A stretch of 64,000 nucleotides of DNA from Abditibacteriaceae bacterium. Its GTDB lineage: Bacteria > Armatimonadota > Abditibacteriia > Abditibacteriales > Abditibacteriaceae. Positions 9,496-17,300 of this stretch are shown here, in pieces (position 1 is the first letter of the stretch; each line of letters begins with the position of its first letter). Both the position numbers and the translations under genes were made by a program. The notes beneath the pieces were generated by a model. That model had not been told where the DNA came from, did no database searches, and saw only the letters and a list, made by a program, of their open reading frames with translations. Where the stretch lies: positions 1 to 64,000 of the forward strand of contig JANPJS010000073.1 in NCBI GenBank assembly GCA_031425655.1. Direction: 5' to 3'.

Positions 9496-11127
9496 ATGCT
9501 CAATATGCCTGTAAATTCCGTCACACCCGAACAACTTCTGTCGCAATTTCAAATCGTGGCCTTAGCGCCGGAAATTGTGTTATCGCTTTTTGCCCTCGCG
9601 GTGCTTTTAGTCGGCGCGTTTTTCCCCGATCAAGCGCAGCGCCGCGTTTTGCCGCTGCTAACTTTGGCAGGCGCGGCATTGGGCGCGTTAGCCGTTTTCG
9701 CGCTGTGGGAAAAGAACCTTTCGTTCGGCCCGGCCCAGCGCGCGATTTTCGTCGCCGACAATTTCGCGCTGTTTTTCAAAGGCGTTTTCCTGCTCTCGTT
9801 AGCCATCACGGTTTTGATTAGCAGCCGCTTTTTGAAGGTGCGACACGGCGATCATCACACTGTCATCGGCGAATATTACGCGCTGCTTTTGTTCAGCACC
9901 ATCGGCATGATGATGGTGGCGTCGTCGCGCGATTTATTGGTGGTTTTTCTCGGCATCGAAACGCTTTCGATTGCGCTTTATGTTTTAGCCGGTTTCGCCC
10001 GCGCCAATCTGCTGAATAATGAAGCTTCGCTGAAATACTTCTTGCTCGGCGCGTTTGCGACGGGCTTTTTGCTTTATGGCATCGCGCTGACTTATTTCGC
10101 CACCGGCTCCACGCTTTTTCCCGAAATCGCCTTAGCCTTGAAAACCAACCTCAACGTCGCGACGGGCGAGCCAATCAACACGTTATTCCTTTATTCCGGC
10201 ATCGCGCTTTTGCTGATCGGGCTTGGTTTCAAGACCGCCATCGTGCCGTTTCACCAATGGACGCCGGACGTTTACGAAGGCTCGTCCACGCCGGTCACGG
10301 CGTTCATGGCGACGGGCGCCAAAGCCGCCGCGTTCGCCGGTTTCGTGCGCGTTTTCACGCAGGCTTTGGGCGGCGATTTGGCTTCGGGGCAATGGCACGA
10401 CATCGTTTTGGTGTTAGCCGTGCTGACCATGACGGTCGGCAACGTGGTGGCAATTGCGCAGGACAGCCTGAAGCGAATGTTGGCTTATAGCTCCATCGCG
10501 CACGCCGGTTATGTGATGATCGGCATTTTGGCGACGGCTTCGGCGATGCGCGCTTCCGATGGCGTCAACACCTCGGCGGTGGCCAATGCCAACGCCAGCG
10601 TGCTGCTTTATTTAGCGATTTATGCGCTGATGAATTTGGGCGCCTTCGCGGTTTTGGTGCATTTGGAAAACGAGCGCGCCGAAAATAATCCCGGCGCCAA
10701 CAGCGAAACGGGAAATATCAAAATCGGCGACGTGCGTGGTTTGGCGTGGCGCAAACCTCTGGTGGCGGGCGCCCTCGTGGTGTTTTTGCTGTCGTTAGCC
10801 GGCATTCCTCCGACCGCCGGCTTTTTCGGAAAATTTTACGTTTTCGCAGGCGCCGTGGATCAAGGTCTTATCGGTTTAGCCCTTGTCGGCGTGGTCAATT
10901 CGGCGATTTCGCTGTATTTTTACGCCCGTCCCATCGCCGAAATGTTCAAGGATGCGCCCGCTGAAACGCTGAGCGTGAGCAGCGACGGCACGGCGGTGGC
11001 ATCGCGCGGAGGCTGGTCGCTGGCCGTCGCAGCGGCGATTGCGGTTTGTGCCGTGGCGGTGCTTTTCATGGCCGGAGCGCAAGCGGTTTTCGACTGGACT
11101 CAGGCCGATCAATTGTTGCCGCGTTAA
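9496..11127 (+). CDS. nuoN: NADH-quinone oxidoreductase subunit N
   Basis: EASLKYFLLG, PFHQWTPDVYEG, KRMLAYSSIAH. Confidence 0.95.
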   Translation: MLNMPVNSVTPEQLLSQFQIVALAPEIVLSLFALAVLLVGAFFPDQAQRRVLPLLTLAGAALGALAVFALWEKNLSFGPAQRAIFVADNFALFFKGVFLLSLAITVLISSRFLKVRHGDHHTVIGEYYALLLFSTIGMMMVASSRDLLVVFLGIETLSIALYVLAGFARANLLNNEASLKYFLLGAFATGFLLYGIALTYFATGSTLFPEIALALKTNLNVATGEPINTLFLYSGIALLLIGLGFKTAIVPFHQWTPDVYEGSSTPVTAFMATGAKAAAFAGFVRVFTQALGGDLASGQWHDIVLVLAVLTMTVGNVVAIAQDSLKRMLAYSSIAHAGYVMIGILATASAMRASDGVNTSAVANANASVLLYLAIYALMNLGAFAVLVHLENERAENNPGANSETGNIKIGDVRGLAWRKPLVAGALVVFLLSLAGIPPTAGFFGKFYVFAGAVDQGLIGLALVGVVNSAISLYFYARPIAEMFKDAPAETLSVSSDGTAVASRGGWSLAVAAAIAVCAVAVLFMAGAQAVFDWTQADQLLPR

Positions 11128-11158
11128 AAGAGAAAATCGGTTACAATCTCTAAGAGAC

Positions 11159-11225
11159 GCCCCGGCAGGGCGTTTCCCATTTCTGGCCAACAGGCTTGCG
11201 GGAGACGTTGCAACCGGGGCTTTTT
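11159..11225 (+). terminator. Long bulged hairpin with U-tract (terminator or leader RNA)
   Basis: gccccgg/ccggggc and gcgtttccc/gggagacgt stems followed by ttttt. Confidence 0.5.
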
Positions 11226-11247
11226 CGTAGCTTTTGAAGAGGATTTT

Positions 11248-12228
11248 ATGCAAGTGCGCTTTTGGGGAGTGCGAGGTTCGCTTCCATCGCCGGCTGTTAC
11301 GGGCGAGTTGGAAGCGCGTCTGCTCGAAGTCCTCGCGCGGCTGGGCAAAGAAGCGTCTCCGCCCGATTTACAAGACGCCGAAGCGGTGCAAAGTTGGATT
11401 CAAACCCTGCCGGCTCCGCTGCGCGTGGTCAGCGGCGGCAACACGCCCTGCGTGGAAATGCGCACCGACGCCGGCGATTTGTTCATCATTGACGCCGGCA
11501 GCGGTCTGCGACCTTTGGGCAATGAATTAGCGGACGCAGATTTCGGCAAGGGAGAAGGCCACGCTCACGTCTTCTTTTCGCATTATCACTGGGATCACTT
11601 GCAAGGCTGGCCGTTTTTTCGTCCGATTTACATCGCCGGCAACCGCTTCGACCTTTACGCGCGCCACGAGAAGCTCGAAGAGCACCTGCGCCATCAGCAG
11701 CAGGCGCCGTTTTTCCCGCCCGCCGCGTGGGACGAAATGTCTGCCACGATGAATTATCATCAACTGGACGCCGAGCCGATTGAACTTTGCGAAGGCCGCG
11801 TGCGCGTTTCTTCGATTGCGCTCGATCATCCCTCGCGCGCCTACGCTTATCGCTTTGAAGCCGACGGACAAGTCTTCATTTACGCCTCCGACGGCGCTTA
11901 TCTCGATCTCGACGAAGACGCGATTCGTCCTTACATCGCCTTTTTCAAAAACGCCGATTTGCTGATCTTCGACGCGCAATTCACGCTCAGCGAAAGCTAC
12001 GAAAAGCGCACCTGGGGCCATTCGTCGGCGGTTATCGGCGTCGAACTCGCTTGCCGCGCCGGAGTCAATCGCCTCGCTTTGTTTCACCACGATCCCGGCG
12101 CCAGCGAAGACCAACTCGACCATTTGTTAAACGTGGCACAGCAATACGTCACGGTCATTCCCTGCCAGCCCGACGCACAGCCGTGTCAGGTTCTCATCGC
12201 CCGCGAGGGAGAAACCATCCAATTATGA
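11248..12228 (+). CDS. MBL-fold metallo-hydrolase
   Basis: FWGVRGS, GGNTPC, SHYHWDH, WGHS, FHHDP motifs. Confidence 0.9.
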   Translation: MQVRFWGVRGSLPSPAVTGELEARLLEVLARLGKEASPPDLQDAEAVQSWIQTLPAPLRVVSGGNTPCVEMRTDAGDLFIIDAGSGLRPLGNELADADFGKGEGHAHVFFSHYHWDHLQGWPFFRPIYIAGNRFDLYARHEKLEEHLRHQQQAPFFPPAAWDEMSATMNYHQLDAEPIELCEGRVRVSSIALDHPSRAYAYRFEADGQVFIYASDGAYLDLDEDAIRPYIAFFKNADLLIFDAQFTLSESYEKRTWGHSSAVIGVELACRAGVNRLALFHHDPGASEDQLDHLLNVAQQYVTVIPCQPDAQPCQVLIAREGETIQL

Positions 12229-12290
12229 GTTTTGAATTTTAAGTTTTGAGTTAAGAACAACTCAAAACTCAAAACTCAAAACTCAAAACT
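12226..12290. repeat. Inverted heptamer array (TTTTGAG/CTCAAAA)
   Basis: Directly visible. Confidence 0.85.
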
Positions 12291-12294
12291 TCGC

Positions 12295-12927
12295 ATGATT
12301 TCCAAACTGTCAGGAACATTGGCCGGGCGCGGCGACGGTTTCATTATCGTCAACGTCGGCGGACTGGGCTACGAAGTGCAAGTGCCTTCGATTGTCGAAA
12401 AAGCATTGGACGCGATGCCATTGGGCGAATCGCTCGAATTGGAAACCATTTACTATTTTCAAATGGATCAAAATCGCGGCACGCCGACGCTCATCGGATT
12501 TCAAAACGCGATTCAAAAAGAGTTTTTCGAGAAGATGCTGACAGTGCCGAAAGTCGGCCCCAAAGCCGCGTTGGGCGCCTTCGCGCGTCCGGTTTCGACA
12601 TTGGCGACGGCCATCGAAACCGCGAATTACACGATGTTGCAATCTCTGCCCGGCGTCGGAAAACAGCGCGCCCGCGATTTGGTAGCCACGCTGCAAGGCA
12701 AAATCGCCAAATTCGCGCTGATGCAGGACGCCGACTTGGATAATCGCGTCATTCGCGCCGCCACTTCCGACGTAGCCGAAGAAGCGTTGCAGCTTCTGGT
12801 GCTACTTGGTCACAAACGCCCCGATGCCGAACGTATGGTTCAACAAGCCATCGCCGCCGAACCCGACGCGCCCGACGCCGAATCACTGGTGCGCGTGATT
12901 TATCGCAAGCAGCAGGAAGCAAAATAA
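12295..12927 (+). CDS. ruvA: Holliday junction branch migration protein RuvA
   Basis: MISKLSG...VGGLGYEV; VPKVGPKAAL and LPGVGKQRA HhH motifs. Confidence 0.88.
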   Translation: MISKLSGTLAGRGDGFIIVNVGGLGYEVQVPSIVEKALDAMPLGESLELETIYYFQMDQNRGTPTLIGFQNAIQKEFFEKMLTVPKVGPKAALGAFARPVSTLATAIETANYTMLQSLPGVGKQRARDLVATLQGKIAKFALMQDADLDNRVIRAATSDVAEEALQLLVLLGHKRPDAERMVQQAIAAEPDAPDAESLVRVIYRKQQEAK

Positions 12928-12936
12928 GTCGCTATT

Positions 12937-13464
12937 TCAGGCTTCGCCAAGCGTGATAAATTCGATGGTGCCTTCTTGCCCATCTTCCAGCATCCCACCA
13001 ACGATTTCACCAATGGCTCGCCACGCGATTACCGCGAATTCTACTCCGCCAGCGAAAATATTGGCCTGCAACGAGTAGAAAGAACGTGACTTTTGTAAAG
13101 CTTCAACATATTCCGGGCCGGAACATTCAAGCAATTCTTCGAGTTCTTCTTCATCAGCAGCGTAAGGGACTTGAGAGCTAAGCACACAGATATAAACCTG
13201 ATCCGTAGCGATCATTTCATTTAAAGCGGCAACGTCGCGCGCCTGCACAATTTCTTTGAATTGCTCGATATGGCTGCCGCTTATGTCACAAGCGACGACA
13301 ATTTCGTGGTCCAGTGGTGCCTCGTCGCTTGCAAACTCCTTGATTTTGAAACCGTAAGCACAAAAGGCAATCGCAAAGCCGCGCTGCTCCATTACGGCTT
13401 TCAATTGCTCTCTGAGGAGCGGCTTTTCCTGCGGCGAGAAAATCTCCATTGTATAACTCATCAA
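12937..13464 (-). CDS. Hypothetical acidic protein
   Basis: 175-aa ORF with RBS; appears more AT-rich than neighbours; no recognised motif. Confidence 0.7.
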   Translation of the reverse strand: MMSYTMEIFSPQEKPLLREQLKAVMEQRGFAIAFCAYGFKIKEFASDEAPLDHEIVVACDISGSHIEQFKEIVQARDVAALNEMIATDQVYICVLSSQVPYAADEEELEELLECSGPEYVEALQKSRSFYSLQANIFAGGVEFAVIAWRAIGEIVGGMLEDGQEGTIEFITLGEA

Positions 13465-13531
13465 ATGTCCTTTACCTCCTAAATTTCAATAGCCAAGCCA
13501 AGTTTAGCGCGGCTATGTTAAAATAACCCCG

Positions 13532-13933
13532 ATGCAAACGCTCCGGCTTCAAACGCACCAGCGTAGCGAGATGGTCAATATCACGACCGAAGTCAATCGT
13601 GCCGTTGCGCAAAGCGGCGTGAAGCGCGGTTTGTGCCTGATTCACGCGCCGCACACCACGGCGGGAATCGCGGTGCAGGAAGGCTTCGATCCCGATGTGA
13701 TGCGCGACGTTTTAGCTTCGCTCGATGAATTGGTGCCCTGGAATAATGAGTATCATCACGCCGAAGGCAATTCGGCGGCGCACATCAAAAGTTTAATGAC
13801 GGGCGCCGGGCAAACTTTGCCCATCGAATATGGCACGTTGCAGTTGGGCCGTTGGCAGGCCGTTTTCTTTTGCGAGTTTGACGGCCCGCGCGACCGCACC
13901 GTTTGGGTGCAAATCATCGGAGACAAAGATTAA
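13532..13933 (+). CDS. yjbQ: YjbQ/UPF0047 secondary thiamine-phosphate synthase family protein
   Basis: PHTTAG, HAEGNSAAHIK, LGRWQAVFFCEFDGPR. Confidence 0.92.
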   Translation: MQTLRLQTHQRSEMVNITTEVNRAVAQSGVKRGLCLIHAPHTTAGIAVQEGFDPDVMRDVLASLDELVPWNNEYHHAEGNSAAHIKSLMTGAGQTLPIEYGTLQLGRWQAVFFCEFDGPRDRTVWVQIIGDKD

Positions 13934-13944
13934 AGGAGGACAAC

Positions 13945-14043
13945 ATGGCTCGCATTCGTCAGCAGGAAATCAAACGCCGCCGCAAGCGCCTTGAAGAGCG
14001 CCAGAAAGCTTTGAAACAAGCCGCGATCAAAGGCAAAAAATAA
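13945..14043 (+). CDS. 32-aa highly basic small protein MARIRQQEIKRRRKRLEERQKALKQAAIKGKK
   Basis: Strong RBS aaaggagg, then terminator; below the ORF-track cutoff. Confidence 0.8.
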   Translation: MARIRQQEIKRRRKRLEERQKALKQAAIKGKK

Positions 14044-14045
14044 CG

Positions 14046-14074
14046 CAAAAGGACGCTGAATCAGCGTCCTTTTG
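14046..14074 (+). terminator. Intrinsic terminator
   Basis: caaaaggacgctga-a-tcagcgtcctttt. Confidence 0.75.
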
Positions 14075-14105
14075 GCGATTTGAACGCATTCTCTGACCTT
14101 TTCCC

Positions 14106-14135
14106 TTGATAATATCGTGGAAACGAGGTTAAAAT
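14106..14135 (+). promoter_or_regulatory. Sigma70-type promoter for tRNA
   Basis: TTGATA-18 nt-TAAAAT. Confidence 0.55.
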
Positions 14136-14152
14136 AGAGTCTGCGCCTTTTT

Positions 14153-14226
14153 CGGGGTGTGGCTCAGCTTGGTAGAGCGCTGCGTTCGGGACGCAGAGGT
14201 CGTGAGTTCAAATCTCGCCACCCCGA
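14153..14226 (+). tRNA. tRNA-Pro (CGG), CCA not encoded
   Basis: cggggtg/caccccg acceptor stem, ctgcg-TTCGGGA-cgcag anticodon arm, gttcaaatc T-loop. Confidence 0.95.
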
Positions 14227-14234
14227 TGAAATCA

Positions 14235-14264
14235 ACACCGTGCCCATTTTGGGTGCGGTGTTTT
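14235..14264 (+). terminator. Terminator after tRNA
   Basis: aacaccgtgccca-ttt-tgggtgcggtgtttt. Confidence 0.7.
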
Positions 14265-14347
14265 GTTATTTAGACTTCTCGGTTTATGTGTGCAAAATCG
14301 CCAAATCAGCAGATTCCACGACCTCTGCCGCACTCGAAAAGATAATA

Positions 14348-14657
14348 ACCCAAGTTGCCGCCGACTCGGCCTTTTTGGAGTGCGCGAACTGGTCCGCGCT
14401 TTTCAAGCCGACTTGTCGGCGTTAAACATCCAGCACTGGGAATAACGGAAATAACTGGGTGTCAAGGAGAAACGCAGTTGGACACGCTGTAGCGTGTCCC
14501 TACAAGAAATGCGGCCCCCGTAGGGACACGCTACAGCGTGTCCTCAACAAAAGCTGCTCCAACTGCGTAACTCCCCAAAAACCAAAGGGTTGCTGCCGAC
14601 AAATCGGCTCCTCAAAGCGGCGCCGAGCCGCCGCACTCCAGAGACAGCAACTTGGGT
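14348..14657. mobile_element. Second, inverted copy of the acccaagttgc TIR element without the inner insertion
   Basis: Reverse-complement match to 1988-2566; taata on both sides (14343-14347, 14658-14662). Confidence 0.85.
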
Positions 14658-14731
14658 TAATAAAGTCTTTCAAGCGTTCGGTGCTATAGAATTTCTCAAC
14701 TGCATCATTTTCTGCGTCTCGGCGGTGAAAT

Positions 14732-15199
14732 TCACGCCCAGCAACAGCAACCTGCGAAATCAAGCGCGCTGCAAGACGCAGAATCGCAAACGGCATACGG
14801 CGCGTGAGCGGCTAAATCGCAGCCGCCGTGCGCGCAGGAATTGGTGCAGCAATTGTCCTGAGATTTTTGCGGGTGCGGCGTGCCATTTGGCGGCGATTGC
14901 TCGTCGTTTTCAGGGAGATGCGACGATGTTTCAAACGGGCCATCGTCCGTTTTCAAAGCGCGTTCCCGCAAGGTGCGCGAGGCGGAATTGCATTCCCGAA
15001 AACGTTCGCGCGCTAACGACAGCGATGCGAAAATGCCCCGTTCTAAAATCGCGGTTTTTGCAAACTGCGAACACGATTCGCCGCCGTGCAGCACGCGATG
15101 CGCGCAGTGAAAGCCTTTGCGCGGCGATAAATGCCGTTGATAACCGCCAATACAGCCCGCTGCGGCACGACGTAGAACGAAAGAAGTGTCGAGCCTCAC
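14732..15199 (-). CDS. YidD-like protein with Cys-rich C-terminal tail
   Basis: YQRHLSPRKGFHCAHRVLHGGESCSQF typical of the YidD-like family. Confidence 0.75.
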   Translation of the reverse strand: MRLDTSFVLRRAAAGCIGGYQRHLSPRKGFHCAHRVLHGGESCSQFAKTAILERGIFASLSLARERFRECNSASRTLRERALKTDDGPFETSSHLPENDEQSPPNGTPHPQKSQDNCCTNSCAHGGCDLAAHAPYAVCDSASCSALDFAGCCCWA

Positions 15200-16584
15200 G
15201 AAGAATATTCTTGGCGTCTTAGCGGTTTAACGATTTCAAGCAGCGGTGCAGTCATGCAGGTGGTGACTAAGGCCATTAGCACCAGCATGGCGAAAATCGG
15301 CGGTGAAAGAATGCCCAAATCGTAGCCGAGATTGAGAACGATTAGCTCCATCAGGCCGCGCGTGTTCATCAGCGCGCCGATGGCAAAAGCGTCGCGCCAG
15401 CTCTGGCCCGTCCAGCGCGAGGCGAGCATGCTGCCGCCCAATTTTCCGACTACGGCGACGGCCAGCAATCCCGCGCAAATCAGCCAGTTGTGCCAGCCTT
15501 CGATGGCGCCGATTTGCGTTCGCAGGCCGGTGAAGGCGAAAACCAACGGCAGCAAAAACGAGGCGCTGAAACTTTCGAGGCGCTCGGTGAGAAGCTGCTG
15601 CAAATCCTCGCGCGACGGCAGAATCACGCCCGCCAAAAACGCTCCGAACAGCGCGTGAATGCCAATGACTTCAGTGCATAACGCCGAGGCGAAGACAAAG
15701 CACACCACGCCCGCGACCAAACCGTGATGGTTCGCTGTGTCGCTGTCTTCGACCACGAAAATCCGCTCTAAAAGCGGCTTAATCACGAGAAGCATCGCGC
15801 CGCAGAACAGCAGAGTCAGAGCAATCGTGGTGAACGCGCCGCTGATGCCGCTGGCCTGAGCGATGGCGACGACAAGGGCTAAAATGCACCACGCGGTCAC
15901 GTCGCCGACGGCGGCGCAAGCAATGGCCGTCATGCCCAGAGGCGACTTTGATAATCCGCGATCTTCGAGGATGCGCGCCAAAACTGGAAACGCCGTGATG
16001 CTCATGGAGATGCCGACGAACAGCGCAAATGCCGCGAAAGTGACGCCCTGCGGCGCCAGTTCTCGATAAATCAGCAGCGAAAACGCCGCGCCGAGGAAAA
16101 ACGGCACGGCGATGCTGATATGGCTGACGAAAACAGCAGCGTGCGCTTTTTCGCGCAAATGCTTCACGTCCAGTTCGATGCCGACGAGGAACATGAACAA
16201 AATCACGCCGATCTGACTGAGCATTTTCAGCGGCGCGAGCGAAGCATCGGGAAAAAGGAAGGCTTGCAGCGACGGCGCGGCCCAGCCCAGCAGCGAAGGC
16301 CCAAGCATGAGTCCGGCGGCCATTTCACCGATGACGGCAGGTTGGCCGATCTTGCGAAAAAGCGCGCCCATTACCCGCGCCGCCACGATAATGACGATCA
16401 CTTGCAGCAGCAAAATTCCGAGCGGCTGCTGAAGATGCGCTAAAAAGCCACTCGCTTTAGTGCCGGCGAGCGCATTGGGCGCGCTTGCGGGCCGCGAAAT
16501 CTGCGATCCGACCTGCAAAATCGCGTATATTCCCGCCCCGAAAACGGCCAAAATCAAAAAGTAAACGGATAAAAGTCGGCGCAT
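15196..16584 (-). CDS. Cation:proton antiporter (CPA2/Kef-type)
   Basis: GQPAVIGEM, MSITAFPVLARIL, MNTRGLMELIVLNLG. Confidence 0.9.
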   Translation of the reverse strand: MRRLLSVYFLILAVFGAGIYAILQVGSQISRPASAPNALAGTKASGFLAHLQQPLGILLLQVIVIIVAARVMGALFRKIGQPAVIGEMAAGLMLGPSLLGWAAPSLQAFLFPDASLAPLKMLSQIGVILFMFLVGIELDVKHLREKAHAAVFVSHISIAVPFFLGAAFSLLIYRELAPQGVTFAAFALFVGISMSITAFPVLARILEDRGLSKSPLGMTAIACAAVGDVTAWCILALVVAIAQASGISGAFTTIALTLLFCGAMLLVIKPLLERIFVVEDSDTANHHGLVAGVVCFVFASALCTEVIGIHALFGAFLAGVILPSREDLQQLLTERLESFSASFLLPLVFAFTGLRTQIGAIEGWHNWLICAGLLAVAVVGKLGGSMLASRWTGQSWRDAFAIGALMNTRGLMELIVLNLGYDLGILSPPIFAMLVLMALVTTCMTAPLLEIVKPLRRQEYSS

Positions 16585-16651
16585 GGAAGAAGGTGTTGGT
16601 TTTTGGAAGTAAATCGGTGTGGAGCAAAGCGAAAGAGGCGTTGAGGGAAGG

Positions 16652-16993
16652 TCACAATTCTTGCATTTCATCCAGCATTTGCGCGATAGGCGCCTTGAGT
16701 TTGGGCAAGTCTTCGGAAACGACTGTCCAAACGTTTTCCAAATCCATTCCCAAGTAGTCGTGCGTCATGGCGTTTCGGACGAAGGCCAACCCCGTCCAGT
16801 CCACTGCGGGATGCGCCGTTTTCAGAGAGGCTGATAGCTTTTGCGTGGATTCACAGAGTGTTTGCAGATTTCGCACGACGGCATCTTGAATTAGCGTGGA
16901 GGATAAAAATGCCGCGCGTCCTTCTACGATGTAACTTTCGATACGGGAAATGGCCTCGCTGATATGGGCGAGATAGAGGTGGTCTCGATTCAT
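16652..16993 (-). CDS. HEPN (DUF86/HepT-like) RNase toxin
   Basis: RNAMTHDY = Rx4HxY; IQDAVVRNL. Confidence 0.88.
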   Translation of the reverse strand: MNRDHLYLAHISEAISRIESYIVEGRAAFLSSTLIQDAVVRNLQTLCESTQKLSASLKTAHPAVDWTGLAFVRNAMTHDYLGMDLENVWTVVSEDLPKLKAPIAQMLDEMQEL

Positions 16994-16999
16994 AGTGAT

Positions 17000-17290
17000 T
17001 TATAACGCTTTCAAGTCGGTTGCGATGGCCTTTTCAAAAATAGGATGCAATCCGCCTTCTGTGGCAACGTCTACGCGGCAGCGCAACAGTTCTTGTAGAT
17101 CGAATGTGATGTGAGCCAAGTCCAGCAAACTGCGTCCGGCCTCCAGTTCGACCAGGAAATCTATGTCACTGTCTTCGCGCGCATCGCCACGCGCTACCGA
17201 GCCGAACACGCGCACGTTGCGGGCGCCGTGGCGCGCCGCGATTTCTAAAATTTGCTCGCGCCGCGCGTGCAGAGCTTCGGATGTCCACAT
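17000..17290 (-). CDS. Minimal nucleotidyltransferase antitoxin (MntA-like)
   Basis: GSVARGDAREDSDID = GSx10DxD. Confidence 0.9.
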   Translation of the reverse strand: MWTSEALHARREQILEIAARHGARNVRVFGSVARGDAREDSDIDFLVELEAGRSLLDLAHITFDLQELLRCRVDVATEGGLHPIFEKAIATDLKAL

Positions 17291-17300
17291 GAGAGCAAGT

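Noticed and set aside
4775..11170. 12-bp repeat gccccggcaggg flanking nuoJ-N (4775 and 11159)
   Set aside because: A 12-bp GC-rich match is expected by chance in a window this size
14153..14226. tRNA-Pro as an integration site
   Set aside because: No duplicate of its 3' end and no integrase seen in the window
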